A stretch of DNA of 63,706 bases, filler included, from Lenisia limosa (Eukaryota; Protista; Breviatea): the NCBI GenBank assembly GCA_001655205.1. It is 13 parts of 13 records of this genome, joined end to end, with 100 filler letters (N's around TTAATTAATTAA, not from the genome) between each part and the next. Parts side by side here need not be neighbours in the genome. Positions count along the whole stretch, not along the records: positions 22,259 to 27,022 come from LPNZ01002972.1; positions 27,123 to 36,537 come from LPNZ01005686.1; positions 36,638 to 40,148 come from LPNZ01006385.1; 10 more parts are not named here. One strand, 5' to 3'. Shown here one piece after another: positions 23,210-37,014 of the stretch; position 1 is the first letter of the stretch; each line of letters starts with the position of its first letter. The notes under the pieces are model-generated. The model did no database searches, had not been told where the DNA came from, and was given only the letters and a program-made list of their open reading frames with translations. Made by a program: the position numbers and the translations under genes.

Positions 23210-25370
23210 TCAAAGTTCAAAACCCCATTGCAGCCCGCAAACGTCATTGATGAATCCAAGGAGCGCTATAAGTAACCAAGGTAGGAATGCTGAACGATCA
23301 GTTTTGTTCCTAATATTGCCTGGGTTTGATTTCAGTATAGGAAAGAGAGATACTTGTCGAAGATTTGGCACAACATCACAGTAATAGATCATTCGCATCC
23401 ATAATAGGAAATAAAAAACAAATCAATCGTATCCTCAATATGGTCCGACTCTTTGTGAGTCTTTTGAACACCCACCAATTATTGTATACGTTGGCCACGC
23501 AGACATCAACACGAGAATTAGAGGGTAAAAAAACAGGAAATCTAGAGCATAAACACGTATCGCAAACTTACAAATGGCGACTACACTTAAGACTGTAAAC
23601 GTAAATCCAAAATTCTCATTGTCTGTGTATATTCGAATATACTGACTCGCAAAACAGCCTAAAACAGTTAGAAAAATGGTGTAAATATGAAAAGCTATTA
23701 GGAAAGGCACGATTGTGATCATCTTACCAATAAGCGCAGCAACGGGGATGAAGAAGGTGGAATATAGGATGATTGTCCGATACAAGTTGTCATCTGAGGG
23801 GTCACAAGTAGGCTTGCATTCAATTCAGAAAAATACATGACCGTTCTTGGTCTTTTGTGGAACCTAAATAAAGCTCTAGTAAATGCAAAAATACATATAT
23901 CTTATGATATATTGAAGTGGGATGGTGGGGAAAGTTGTTTCAAGAAGTAGTGATCAATTTGATGATCCAAATGCACCAACCTGTTTGGATATAATAATAG
24001 GCCACTTGGGGAAGGTAGAAGATCAGTAAGAATATTATTTCCTGTTGAGTGATGTGAAGAACTGTGCTACCTACCAAAAACAAATAAGCGTAGCCAAGAA
24101 TAAACCCAAAGCCCGCGAGCCCAATTAGCGCTATTGTGAGACAGATTCCTGAGAATTCGGAAAACCATTCAGCTGTGCTGGGGATGTGAATAGGAACACT
24201 GGTGGAATTTAGGCTAAAGTCCTAGCTCACATGAAGTGTTCCGCTTGAGTATTGATCTGGTCCCCATCTACTGAAGCCATAACTAGGCCCGCCGTAAATG
24301 CCCTAAACCATAAATAGGGATTCTTTGCGGGTCAAAAGGATGGCCAATAACAAGGATTGGATTTAATAAATTACGTTTTCAGACCAAAATAGTAACTATA
24401 AAAATGTGGCATATTAAAGAGGGCAAAACTCGTAACTTCCAAGCATACTGAAACATAATAGACAACGCCAAGATTCCACCAAAAAGATGGAGGTAAGCAA
24501 AAGCAAAATGCTCGTTCAGCTGGTTGGAAAAGTGTTCATTCTTCTTCCTGAATAACGTGAAATGACCAAGTTTTCTTTGGGAGCTCATAATCCCAAAACA
24601 CATACTTTTCACAGAATTTTCTCATTCCTCTGAAGACAACCAAGGGGTGTTCCTTCAAGGAGCTGAGTAAAATCGTCACAACCTATAGGCATTAAAAAGA
24701 TAGCACGGACTACATAACAATGTAGAATGCCTCATATATATCATATATATAGTATATATCATAGTCTACATTCTTACTGCAACTGTTTTACAATTATACA
24801 AATAGAATGAACGTTTTTCAGTGAGTACGGCCTACGTTATATTTCGGATGCGGAAATACCACAACTCACATCGGTTTTCAAGTCGAAGATTTTGGAGATA
24901 ATCTGAAACCATAGCTCTTCATCTATACTGTCATTGATGTGGAGGAGGAAGAGAGAGACACGACAGACTTACTTCCAAGAGGTATCTCTTGCTTTGCGTT
25001 AAAAAATAGTATTTTAAAACACCCAGGCCAAACCCCACGCACCTGTCAAAACATGGCAACTTGTGCTCCTTAAGAGAAAGGAAAAGTTTTCCACAATCTA
25101 AAGAGGGAATTAGATGGAAGGAGACGAGCATTATTAACGTTGAGATAAAGAAACGAGCATTATTAACGTTGAGAGAAAGAGGACGGGTATTAGTAGCATG
25201 ACTACTGATATCATTAGTAAATAAGTTCAACTACTACCTTTGTCATTACAAATAACATATTACATAATCCTGTATATTGTTGGAAGCCCACCCATTTTGG
25301 CGGCAGATTACGTATCAAGAGTTCCTGTGCTCGGGATGGAACGCTGCTCAGTCCAACTTGACAAGTCTAG
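23210..25370 (-). CDS. Hypothetical multi-pass membrane protein
   Basis: Hydrophobic segments GICLTIALIGLAGFGFILGYAYLFL and IILYSTFFIPVAALIGKMITIVPFLIAFHIYTIFLTVLGCF; exon order and ends uncertain. Confidence 0.5.
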
Positions 25371-26029
25371 AGAGTGAAGGGGGGGGGGGGTTGCNNNNNN
25401 NNNNNNNNNNNNNNNNNNNNNNNNNNNNNNNNNNNNNNNNNNNNNNNNNNNNNNNNNNNNNNNNNNNNNNNNNNNNTTCTTGTGTTCTTTGCTTTACCAC
25501 CTTCTCCTATTACTGATATGAGTCTCAATTGTTTCCAGCCCACTGGCGTTTGCTGCATTGACGTATCAGAAAGAATGAAAGGTCAGAGTCTTGGCTGTAC
25601 TAAGATGATTTGTTCTCCAACTCAAATCGTCGATTCGAGCGGTCATAAATCTCCTTTTTTTACATTTACCAAAATTTAAAAATAAACAACACGTTTTGTT
25701 AAAAATTCTTGATCACCACCCAAGCAACTCATAATCTATGACACACGGAGCCAGGGTACAGGTGGGATTGCGCCCTGATAATATATACTACACAAAAAGT
25801 GTACGAGGAGTCTAATCTATGCTCCTCCTAGGTTGCTTGCCTGATTGGGAAATATAATTAGTAGTGGAGGAATACACTATAAATACGCCTCCTAGGTCGA
25901 GGGGATGATCATGAAATACTAAACATCCCCAATAGCGGTCAAAATACAAATTCATACACAACTATACAATAGATGGAAAGAACGAAGCAAATAAAAACAA
26001 GAAGTCTAGAATCTCTGAGATTGGTACAT

Positions 26030-27022
26030 AGTGTTCTGGGGCTGCTGCTGCATGGTGGCGTAGGGGTTGGCCTAAGAGGTGAGGACTGAGGCAACCAATT
26101 TGGAACAAGTTGGCAAAAGATGAACACGAAGGTAACGAGGAGATCTCTTGCAACTTTACATAAAGGGGGCATTGACGAGAAGATTCACATCTAGGGCTTC
26201 CCTACGGTCCGAAGGCCGTGTAAATATCGATATTTATCGAGGATTTATCGAGAGATTCAGTCTTTTTTTGGTACCGTAGGGAACCCCTACATACCTGCTG
26301 CTGCTGTTGCTGCATTGTAGCATAAGGGTTGGCTTGCTGCATTGCATAGGGGTTGTTGCCATAAGGATTGTTCTGGAACTGCTGTTGAGGCTGTTGGCCA
26401 TAGGGGCTCTGTGACTGATAGGGATTGTTCATCATCTGCATGTTCATGCCTCCCATTCCGCCGCCGAGATTCATGTTACCCATGCCTGGAGATAATGTCA
26501 TTGTGGGGTATTATGGCGATATGTGGCCACAAATAAAATGCCAAGGATATCAAAAAAAAAAAAAAAAAANNNNNNNNNNNNNNNNNNNNNNNNNNNNNNN
26601 NNNNNNNNNNNNNNNNNNNNNNNNNNNNNNNNNNNNNNNNNNNNNNNNNNNTTCTCGGCCCCCTCCCTACCCATATTCATCTGGGCCATCTGCGGCTGTT
26701 GCTGCATTCCGTACGGCATGTTGGGGCTCGGAAGGGCGGGAGATGTTTGAGGCGGCTGCGTAGTCAGCAGCAAGAAAACACAAAAAACACACACAATAAA
26801 ACACTTGTTCTCAGTCTCATTCAAATCGTGACCGGGATAAGTCTTGAATGATTTCCCAAGGAAAATTGGTCAAGACATATCCTGGTCACAGTATCTACCA
26901 ATGTTCCTACAATTAGGAAAAGACATGAGAAATATGTATGGTTATGCGGGACTACTCAGCAAACGCTTCCGTTCCTACCTGGGGAGTGGGCAGGCCAAAG
27001 TCGAGGGGCGGCATGGGGTGGT
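26030..27022 (-). CDS. Gln/Pro/Met-rich low-complexity region with repeated NPY motifs, partial gene
   Basis: Exons HPMPPLDFGLPTPQ, PSPNMPYGMQQQPQMAQMNMG, MQMMNNPYQSQSPYGQQPQQQFQNNPYGNNPYAMQQANPYATMQQQQQQ and ANPYATMQQQPQ. Confidence 0.7.
26192..26289. mobile_element. MITE family A copy
   Basis: tagggcttccctacggtccg ... ggtaccgtagggaaccccta; inserted 5 nt after a minus-strand donor (CAG|gtatg). Confidence 0.85.
26828..26889. repeat. Palindromic mini-element family E copy
   Basis: gtgaccgggataagtcttga ... tcaagacatatcctggtcac. Confidence 0.75.
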
Positions 27023-27277
27023 NNNNNNNNNNNNNNNNNNNNNNNNNNNNNNNNNNNNNNNNNNNNTTAATTAATTAANNNNNNNNNNNNNNNNNNNNNN
27101 NNNNNNNNNNNNNNNNNNNNNNACACACAACCTTCTGCAAAACAAAAAAAAAATCTCAAAAAAAAAAATAAAGCCGGAGAAGAGACACAAATGTAGAGAC
27201 TTGCAAGAGAGAAATTCAATCTTTAGAACCCTGTTCTGTAAACACACGTAAACATGAAAAACTGCGTGAAGAAAAAA

Positions 27278-27768
27278 CTACTTGCTATATACTGTACAAC
27301 AATTAATAAACCACCACCCTGCACAAACCGAGATCTGTGCCGAGGGGTTAACGGGCTTGACAGGAGGCTCGATAGTGATCAACGCATAATCGGCAATATG
27401 GTTGTTAGCAGTCGATTTCTGCTCTTTAGTGACGTTCCAGTTGGTGTGGAGCTCTGTGTCGATACCGAGGTTAATAATCAAAGTGTAGATAGTGGAGTCA
27501 TCAGGGGAATAGCAGTTGAAATCTAAAGAAATTAAAATAAAAACCCTGTTAAGCTTGCTGGTTTACCTGTACCCAATGCCGGAAGAACACCAAAGAAATC
27601 CTCGCACGTCTGGAAGAGAACAGCTTCTCCAACTCGTTCTACAAAGATTGTCGCACCGTCATTTGTGTATTGGGCCTTAAACAAAGAGGCAGGATCAGCT
27701 CCAAAGGAAAATGAAACTAGAGTTGCCAGAAGGAAGGCCGAAAATAGACTCAAGTAGGACAAAGCCAT
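27278..27768 (-). CDS. Putative secreted protein of unknown function (2 or more exons)
   Basis: Signal-peptide-like MALSYLSLFSAFLLATLVSFSFG-A; a 44-nt intron (ACAG|gtaaac...ctttag) joins in frame to DFNCYSPDDSTIYTLIINLG. Confidence 0.65.
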
Positions 27769-28115
27769 GGCTGATTACAAAGGGACTTCTTCTAAGCGCC
27801 TTGAAAGCAGCCACGGATGGTTTAACAATTAGTGCAAACAGCTATCCTGAGGTGTTTTCAGTAAAGTATCTTTGTTTTTACGTATTTGTTACGTTTCTTC
27901 ACTAACTGTGCAGTTCTTGTACCGAACAAATCGCTTCAAAAAAAATTGGTTATATATGATTACTTTTGATTAGTTATGTCCTTATTGAGAGACTTTGCTG
28001 TTTTTGCTACTCTCTTTCCTTAAATCTTTCTTTTAGTTGTGTGTTGGTGTTGAGTTCAAATTGAGTCGAGTAGACTGGTTCTGGAGTATTTGAAGACAAA
28101 TTCTATTTGAAAGAA

Positions 28116-30874
28116 ATGTCTCTCTTTGCCGCCCCTTCTATTGCCGCCCCGGTTTGTTTCGGCAGTATTAGATATTGATATTTAATTAATATGTTATTAG
28201 AGGGAATATAATTCAATCCGTATTAATGAACATGGAGAAAAAGAGCTTCTACCTTTCAGATTCATGCTTTTATTATTTCACCATCTTTGAATAGCTTGAT
28301 GGTGGGCGGTTTCTCCTGAATCAACCTTTTATCTTCTCCTTTTCTAAATAATTCCCTCTAATACTTTTTAATGTAATCTGGTGGGATAACTGATATTTGC
28401 AGCGCGGACTCCTGCATGAGTTCCCAGCAGGCAAAATGACACGAATGGGGAACACAGTTACGCCTCTCCCGAACAAGGGGTCTATCCGAGTTTTTGTGGT
28501 ATGTATGAAGTAATAAAGTGTATCCTGATGATTTAAACAATCTCCGTATTTTGTATGTCTCAGAGCAACAACTTAAAACACCGCGTTTCGCTTTCTGATT
28601 GCTCTCTTTATTTTGCAGGATCAGGCAGATCAAATGGTCCATCTTCAGTGGATTGATTCTCTCACCGGAAAGGTATGACAGAGACAGGGTGTGCCTTTCT
28701 TTCTATCAATTATAATAGCAGTGTCCCTTTCTCACTTGAAATGTTTCAGCCTGACCCTACCTTTCCAACCACTTTTTGGTTCCACATTTCTTTAATCTTT
28801 CCAGGCCGAAGATGACCTTTTGATCTTCCCTGATGACGCCACCTTCTTCAAGACCACACAGAGCAAGGACAGAGTCTACATTCTGAAGTTCAAATCCGGT
28901 AGAAAGCTGTTCTTTTGGATGCAGGTTGCGGGAACTCTTTGACACCATCACAAAACATCACAATAATCAAAGTTCTTATATTCATTTTGTCCTGAGAGTT
29001 CCCCTCCGCATTGCTCTTATTTGATGACAACCTGGTCTGCATGTTAAACTAGCTTATTATTTCCTTAGGATAAAACCGACACCAGTGACGAGAAGAACTG
29101 CAGATACGTGAATTTGGCCCTGAACGATCGACCCGCTCTGGAGGCTGAAAAGAAGAAGAAGAAGGATGAGGCAAGTCTGTCAGGGATACTTTTTTTTTTA
29201 GAAAAAAAACACCAATACCAAGTCAGTTATTTTTGAACAGTGGATTTTAATCCACTGAATTGAAATTGCCAAACACATCTTAATTTTCTATTTATCTGAC
29301 GCTTCAGTGACGAAAGTTGAAGAGATGCTCAATGAGGATGAACCAGAGTATGCCTTTATTAATGCATCTTTACAGCCTGAAATACTATTACTTACAACAC
29401 AACCAAAACTACCAACCATATATTGTTGCGCAATTTTCACCCACGCCCTATTTCTAACACCACAGTGAGGAGTCAGGTATGTCAACGTCAGTCTAAAGAA
29501 CAATGGGTTCAATCATGAATAGGCTTGGAATTTAGTAATTAGTCATATCGTGTCAATTCTATGTTATGAATAAGAGACACTCTCATTTTTTGTGTAAGAT
29601 TGAGATCATTTTCAAACTCTCTGTGTGTACTAATTGAGTTGACATTTGCTTGTTTTTACATTTCATTCGCCTTTTTTTTTACCCCTCTCACAGGATTGAG
29701 TTCGGAAAACATGGCTCTTTTGACGCAGCTTCTCCTCGGCGGAAGCTCGGATGAGGGCATGGTCAAGGAGGAGAGGAAACCCATGAAGCTCAAGAACTAT
29801 GGAGGTTGGAATATCATTTTTCTGAGTGGAATCTTGCTGCAATTCCAATATTCTATAATGCAGACTTCGCTGAACAAAAATTTCGATATTTTCACAATTT
29901 TTTTGTTCCCACTTTTCGAAAAACTTGCCTCAGATAACTAAAATTTATTGTTATTACCCATTTCACTTAATTCCTACTTTTTATTGAAAGCAGTTCATTA
30001 TTTAATCTTAACCGAGCCTTAAATCTTAGAGTTTGGTCAAAATTGTACAATCTTCCTATCAATTCTAAGAAAAATTCTTCCACTCTGAGTTTTCATTTTT
30101 GGTTTAGCACCTGCTTTAAAACAGAATACAACTCCAGTTATTAATTTTTTCAGACCTAGATGTCAGCTATTTGATGACACCTGTGGTGCTTGGCCCCCTG
30201 ATTACTCTGAAATCAAGTGGGCTTGAAAGGGACTTCATCGTTTTGAGAATTCCCATCAAATTTCAATGAAAACGGGGGTTCACCCCTCCATTTTGCTCAT
30301 ATACTAGTGCAGAATTGACTGATATTGCTTTTGCTGTTTTTTTTTATGTTATTTAGCAAATCTCATTTGTGTCTAATTGTATTCTACTAATCTGTTACTA
30401 GGTGTGAAAGCAATTTTCGGAGAGAAGCCACATGGGGTGACCAATTACGAAAGTCTGAAGAAGGTGGTCAATTCAGATGATGTGGGAGGGGGAGGGGGCC
30501 TCCTTATTATAGCAGTATCAGACTAGGTCTTTGATTATTTAAAACACTCTATTTCTAATTTTCTAATCCTTCCTTCAGTTTGTTGAAGGCTTGAATAAGT
30601 TTGACGAAATCATCCGAAAGAAGGAAATTGACCTTCACACAGAATTCGAATTTCAGCAAAAAGACAATGGTGATCTTTGGTGAACTGTTTTATTGTTTCT
30701 ATTACCCAACTTTTCGATTCACTGCGAGAAATTGTTTTTTTAAAAACCGAAATGAAGACTTATATTGTAGACGGAGTCGTTGAGTTGATGGAGCACATCA
30801 ACAAGGAAAACGAGGAGGACAATGAAGTCCCTGATATGGACATTGATGATATTAAAGCCTTTTTAGATGAATAG
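28116..30874 (+). CDS. RPN13: Proteasome ubiquitin receptor Rpn13/ADRM1
   Basis: Pru-domain exons [44 protein letters not shown] and [40 protein letters not shown]. Probable start [12 protein letters not shown] at 28116; last exon ends [11 protein letters not shown] at 30874. Middle exon phases are unresolved. Confidence 0.92.
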
Positions 30875-30998
30875 ATTATGCGTTTTGTTTGTTTGTTTTG
30901 CATTCATGTTCCCCCCCCCCCCTTGTCAAGGATTCGAGTGACTTTAAAAGAAAATAGTTATTTCAGACTTGATGACATGGGTGAGAAGTCAGGAAGCA

Positions 30999-33900
30999 TT
31001 AAAACAGTTTCCTTCTGATACAGTTGCGGTCTTCACCATATTCTCGGGCAGACACCCAGATATCTTTGAAAGTTGACAGGCCTGCGAGAATCGAACTAAA
31101 GTAGTGAGGAAAAGAGATGGGAAGGGAACCTCTATGTAACAAATAACAACAATAATAATAATCAATTGCAAGGCCATGAAAGCAACCTCTTTGTAAATAT
31201 TAAAACCCTATCCCACCCTCCCATCCAGGTTGAGTATTTTCTTTCCGGGGGAGCGGAGACCCTAATTCTGACTCCCTCTGGTGCAGTATTTTTCACCTCT
31301 CGAACCAATCGATCGCCAAACCCTGTGCGGGGTAAGTTTGAATGAAACTAACGTTTATCCAAACTTTAAGTCTATTATCAGCTGACAAAAGGCGGTCCAC
31401 TAATAGTCCAAGCAAACCTCTCATGAGGGTTGTTCCGCCCGATAAAACAATGTTGGAGTAGAGAGTCCTTCTCAAGTCCATATCAGACCTAGTTTTATGA
31501 ATTAATTGAAGACACTGTGATACGAATATATTCCTAGCTCCAAAAAACATATTATTTGACAAGTTCAGACCAGGCATTCAGAAATATTACATTTCCCAAG
31601 GAGTCGATAATAAGTCTTTTATCCATCATTTGGAACAGTAATGAAACCCCACAAACTTTTGAATAGAGTCTACCAGACAATGGTGAATGCCAACTTCTTC
31701 ACTTCCCACCAGCGACGGGTCAAAAAGAACCTCAGGTGCGCGTGTGCGCTCAGCGCCAAGCTAGATACAGGTCAGAAGTGAAAAGTGAAAATTGGGAAAC
31801 AACTGAGAAACACCAGTGTTTTGAAACAACAAAACAAGGGGGGAGGATAGACTTTAATTCCCCAGATCTCATTTCAAACACGCAATGGGGTATTAGTAAA
31901 TCTTGAGTACCGAAATAACTGAGCCGTCGGGAAGGGCGTAGGAAGCAGGGTTGGCAGCGGCTCGGTTCTCATCATCTTCCGAAGCCGATGGCGATAAATA
32001 ACATGCCTAAAAGGGAAGGTCATTAATTAACATGCCTAAAAGGGGTCATTAATTAACATGCCCTAAAGGGAAGATCATTAACTAACCCAACGCCACAAAC
32101 AATCATTCCCTTATACACACCTCTTCCTTGATCTGTTTTACGATTTCCCTCTCAGCCGATGTGACGAATCGGTGCCCTGACCTCCGCAGTTGCCTTTGCA
32201 GCAAATCTGTCACGTCTCTATGGGTGTTAAATGAGATGAGGTAAATACATCATACACGATATATTACTATGTTTATATTTAGCGTTCATTTTAGAAATGG
32301 AGTGAGGACAATTGAGAGCCAACAGAACTGGACCAAACATTACAACGTATCGGAATATACCTTTTTTATGTAATCTGATTTCTAAATATATTGTTTTTAT
32401 ATAGAGATGAGGAATAAAACAAGGTTGTATCTGACCGAAGCCGCCCACACCATCGCGATTATCCCGAGGCCTTTTTTCAATATGTCACTTTTGGGCAGTG
32501 GTCATACAAAGCACAATTTTTTCCACTATAACCACGAAAACACTATAATGTAGCTTTTATACTTGTGGAAATCATTTCCAGACTGAGAAACAGGAGAAAT
32601 ATATTATTTTATCAAATTCTGAGGACTTTTGGACGAAGAAGTACAAAAAATTGACATGTAATATTCAAAAAGACTAAAATAAGTCAATTTCACCAAATCT
32701 TTAATAATAGTCTGTGTGTTTGTCAAAAAATATTGGGAAATCAAAGGAAAAATAGTTTGAAAGGTATTTGCATCAGTTTCTTTTTAAGAAACTGTGATCA
32801 AATTTGCCTTATTTAGTATACTCGATCAATCAATCAAAGTATATTTTTAGTGAAAAGTTGTATTCGAGATTTGGGCTATTTTTGAGGTCCCGGAATCCCA
32901 GTTTTCACGTGATATTTACAGTAGAAAATCCACTAAATAAGGTTGAAATAAGGTAACCGAATAATTTTTTGTCAAAATAGTGAAATTGGTCGTAGAGAAT
33001 GGGTAAATATTAATCTCAAAACACTTTTACTGATAACATTATCAAAACTGGCTTGTATTTACTCAAAAAACCCATCGTCTCTGGGCCCCAAGGGGATAAG
33101 AGATATTGGATTATATCACAGACTGACCTTCCAGCTACATCAATTCGCTGAATAGCATGGGGGAGAGCAAATCTATACGGGTTAAGAGTAGATAACCACT
33201 TGATTTTCGTTTTCAAGTAGACAGCATAGAGGACTAATCAGCAGCCTATAGTCAGCCAACAAACCCTTCATAGACCGGTACGGAATGCGAAACACCGTCT
33301 CCGGAATCCAGTACAACCCCTGTTGTGCGGCCGCTGGGGGGGGGGGGGGGGNNNNNNNNNNNNNNNNNNNNNNNNNNNNNNNNNNNNNNNNNNNNNNNNN
33401 NNNNNNNNNNNNNNNNNNNNNNNNNNNNNNNNNNNNNATTAATAAAAAAGCTCAAATCATTAGATCTGTACTTGAATAAGGCATAGTTATAGGAAAGCTG
33501 GGAAAGGAAAGAGAAACAAAACAAACCTTGCGTAGAGAGACAGGACCGCTTGCATTGAAATGTACACCGCTGGTACATTGAAGTGTTCGAAAAGGATTTC
33601 ACAAGCCTTCTCACGATTGGCAATTGGGTTAAGGGGTGCGTCTGTGAGGAGCATTGGGTGCTGGGATGATAAGTTCAATGATCCGATCCCTTCATTTGTG
33701 ATAATTAAAACAGTCAAAGAACGATATTCTCAACATCTCCATCCACGAACCTCATCAGGGTTGATGTTCAGTTCGTTTGACAAGACATGGCGCCATACCT
33801 TCTCCATATCGTCCCAGTCCTGCGAAGTAGGTAAGTACCAACACAACGGATCTCAAGCAAGTATTGAAGAAAGACGAAACGCTGTATAAAAAGAGGGAGC

Positions 33901-34653
33901 ACCTGATCTAAAAGAGTAGTATTCACCTCATCTTTAAAACCAAATACAAAAAAGACTCTAATCAATTGACCCCATCCTCATACGGTGACTATACCGTGTT
34001 CAACTGGGTACTGTAGTTTCAACAAGCCTCGGATTTCCTGAATTCATGATTTCCTAACTGAGACATTTTTTATTCTGAACGATTCTGAAGTGCTGCAAAT
34101 TGGAAAGTGTATATACGATGAATCTGGAATGCAACAGAGAATTTATTTGTGACTATTGTTGGCTTTTGTTTCATACCCCTCAAACTTCTGCTTGGTTACC
34201 AACGTAGTACTCCTTGTCCACATTTCCTGACATCACTTTGAGATGTTTGGGCCTTCCAACACTAAAGAAGAAGAGTCAAACGGGAAAGACTGAAGAGACA
34301 GTTCAGGTGATAAAGGCTTTGTTCTGAAGATATTATTAAACAAAAACAAAAAAAAAATCCAAAAAAAGAAAGAATCCGTTTAAAAAGGGTTTGCAGTTGA
34401 ATCACTTTGATCGTTGATGTGCACAAACAATCTTCTTCTCAATATATTTCCCTTTAACTAGAAATCAACAGTAATTTGAATCTCAAAAAAAAAAACCGTG
34501 CCAACAAAGAAGGAGCAACACAACTTGGATAGTCTTCACCAGCAATACCAGCCTTGATAGTCCCGGTTCCCTAAAATGTCAGTTCTTCCCCGAAAATCGT
34601 CTTCATACATTATCAATCACAACCGGCTGGTTGGAGATGACAGAGAAGGACAT
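30999..34653 (-). CDS. ACTR1: Actin-related protein 1 (centractin, dynactin filament)
   Basis: [15 protein letters not shown]|[29 protein letters not shown]-equivalent [17 protein letters not shown]|[46 protein letters not shown] and [18 protein letters not shown]...RKLF*. The [17 protein letters not shown] and DMDLR residues separate Arp1 from conventional actin. Confidence 0.92.
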
Positions 34654-34894
34654 TGTGTAAACTTGTTCAAAAAACGTTCTAAGAGATATTCTTAGTTTTA
34701 TGTCCTGATTCCAATTATACGGTACAAATAAGATGAAACTACACACAAAAGGACGTTGGGGCTGACGTGGGGTGAAAACCACTCTCCTGCAGAAAAAGGA
34801 ACCCGGAACGGACTTTAAATTGGGAAATTGGGAAAAAAGCTTATTTTTGTAGTAAGGTTGATATTCAAGGTATATAGTATAGATATTTAGTAAT

Positions 34895-36537
34895 ATGGCC
34901 TACCGGCCTCATCATACCCAAGGGAATAGAAATGCTCCGAATTTCCCACCTTATCCCCAGTCTCGTGACCCGTACTTCGATGATATGGGAAGAGTAGAAT
35001 ATCCTGAGCCGCTTTTCCGACCCAAAAGTCCCCCCAAGCAACAACAAAACACTTCTCCTTCCCTTCCTGCTCGCCCTAGACCCCCTCAGTTTGCCGTACA
35101 AACTCTTACAGCCAATGGCCACGTTCATTTTTGGTCTAACTTACTCACTCATTGTGAGCACGGTGATGCTGAGGCTGCCGTGGAGCTAATGCTCTCTGTT
35201 GTTGAGTCATCAGCACCTATTAAGCTCAAGTCAACGATGAAATCAGGAGTTTCCGTTTCAACAAAACCATCATCCTCTTCCCAACAATCCTCAAAGGGCC
35301 GTGGCTCCTCTTCTGCTCCAAAGATGAACCGCAACATCGGCTACAATGCCGATCTGGGTGCCGCAGTAAAGTTAGAGTTTGATCTTGCTGCTCCACGAAG
35401 CCCTCAACCAGCAGCCTTCTTCATCCAGGTGAGCAAGATGGATGGTTGGGGATCTTACTTGGGTTGATACTGGGTGACTATGACTGCTATGCTGTGTATT
35501 TGGTTTCCGCAGGCACCTTGCTTCTGTCACATGCAATGTCTCACTATGAGGTTACATTGCATCTATGTAGACTGTTGGGGACTGGGAAGGAGGGGTACTT
35601 GACTGATTGAGAGGGAAGGGCGGACGAATAAAAGTCACTCTCTTATTTTGAAATTGTCACCTAGGTATGTTTAGAGGGACGGTTTTTGGGTGCAATTACA
35701 ACAATTCAGCTTATTGCGACGAGCAATACTGTTATGTCCATCCTTGTTTTGACCATATTAATGAGGTGTTTTCCCCCAAGTCCCCTTTGTGATTAAGTTG
35801 AAATAAACCCTTTCGCAACTCTTCAATGGAAAACTGTATCTTATCTTGCATATATAGATACCCATAATCTCATTTGGTCTTTAGTGCATCCACGTTGCCC
35901 ACGAGCAAGGAACACAAGCCCGTAGACCCGCTACAATCCCTGGAGTGGTGACCCAGTGCTTCAAGGCTTGGCTTGTCAGACAGAACGGCCTCAGATTAAG
36001 TTGGCTTCAATTTGGCGAACAATATGCTTCATTATGATACTTTTATTTGACCAAATGATACAATGTATATCCTCACGTAATGCAGACCCCATTACAACCC
36101 CGATCTATGATCTTGGAGTTCAGCTATCTTACAACTTCTCCCCAGAAACTGCAGCTGAGGTGGGGGGGGGGGTGCTTGTCTTCTTTGTGATAGTAAATAA
36201 TTTTAGCCAGACCCCTTGACACCTGAGACTGACATTCCAGATCTTCCCGATTCTCTCCCGAGCCGGACCGGACCCGAGTATTGACTTCTTCACCCATTTG
36301 GTTCAGTCGAACTTATTCAGAGGTGAAAATTCCTGCTATTTGTGTTGCTAAATGCACCATTCAGAGTTTTTTTTATCTGTTGCTGCTGCACTCCTAACTT
36401 GCCCAGAAGCTGCACGTTTTGGGCGCTTGGCGGTTCTCTCTGATCAAGTTGTGGATTTCCAGGTAATCAGTGAGAGTAAGGTATGGCTGCTCATTCACAA
36501 CTTGGTGGAGGGGGGATACCATTTGAGCACACTGCAG
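34895..36537 (+). CDS. Hypothetical protein, 5' part
   Basis: Long first exon (about 178 aa, Pro/Ser-rich, ends CAG|gtgagc at ~35427), then exons IFPILSRAGPDPSIDFFTHLVQSNLFR and EAARFGRLAVLSDQVVDFQ. Confidence 0.65.
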
Positions 36538-37014
36538 NNNNNNNNNNNNNNNNNNNNNNNNNNNNNNNNNNNNNNNNNNNNTTAATTAATTAANNNNNNN
36601 NNNNNNNNNNNNNNNNNNNNNNNNNNNNNNNNNNNNNAGGGCTGGGGGTCAGAACAACTCTTTGTACTTAATAGGTTGTTTTTTGTTGTTGATTTTGTTG
36701 ATTTCAGCATTACATTTCCAATTTATATTTGTTTTTTGTGATATGATATAGTGCCATAATTAAGTTCTCTGATAGGGTATGAATGGAGTTATTTGCTATG
36801 ATGTATGCGTCATAGTACTAGGTCACTCAGCATCAAAAAAGGGGTGTTCCGTAATAATTGGAGCTTCACTTCGGTTCGAAAAAGATTGATAATTATCAAT
36901 ACGCTTATAGAGACATCCAGTACGCCCACGTGCTACTGTTTCTAAATCAAAAGATTCTCAATCGATTCTGTTCAGTAGCCCCTCCCTTCAATCCATAACC
37001 CCCACACCTCGCAG

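Noticed and set aside
29171-29176. GC-AG intron donor (GAG|gcaagt) in RPN13
   Set aside because: A GT donor 4 nt downstream also gives an open junction; this cannot be decided without transcripts.
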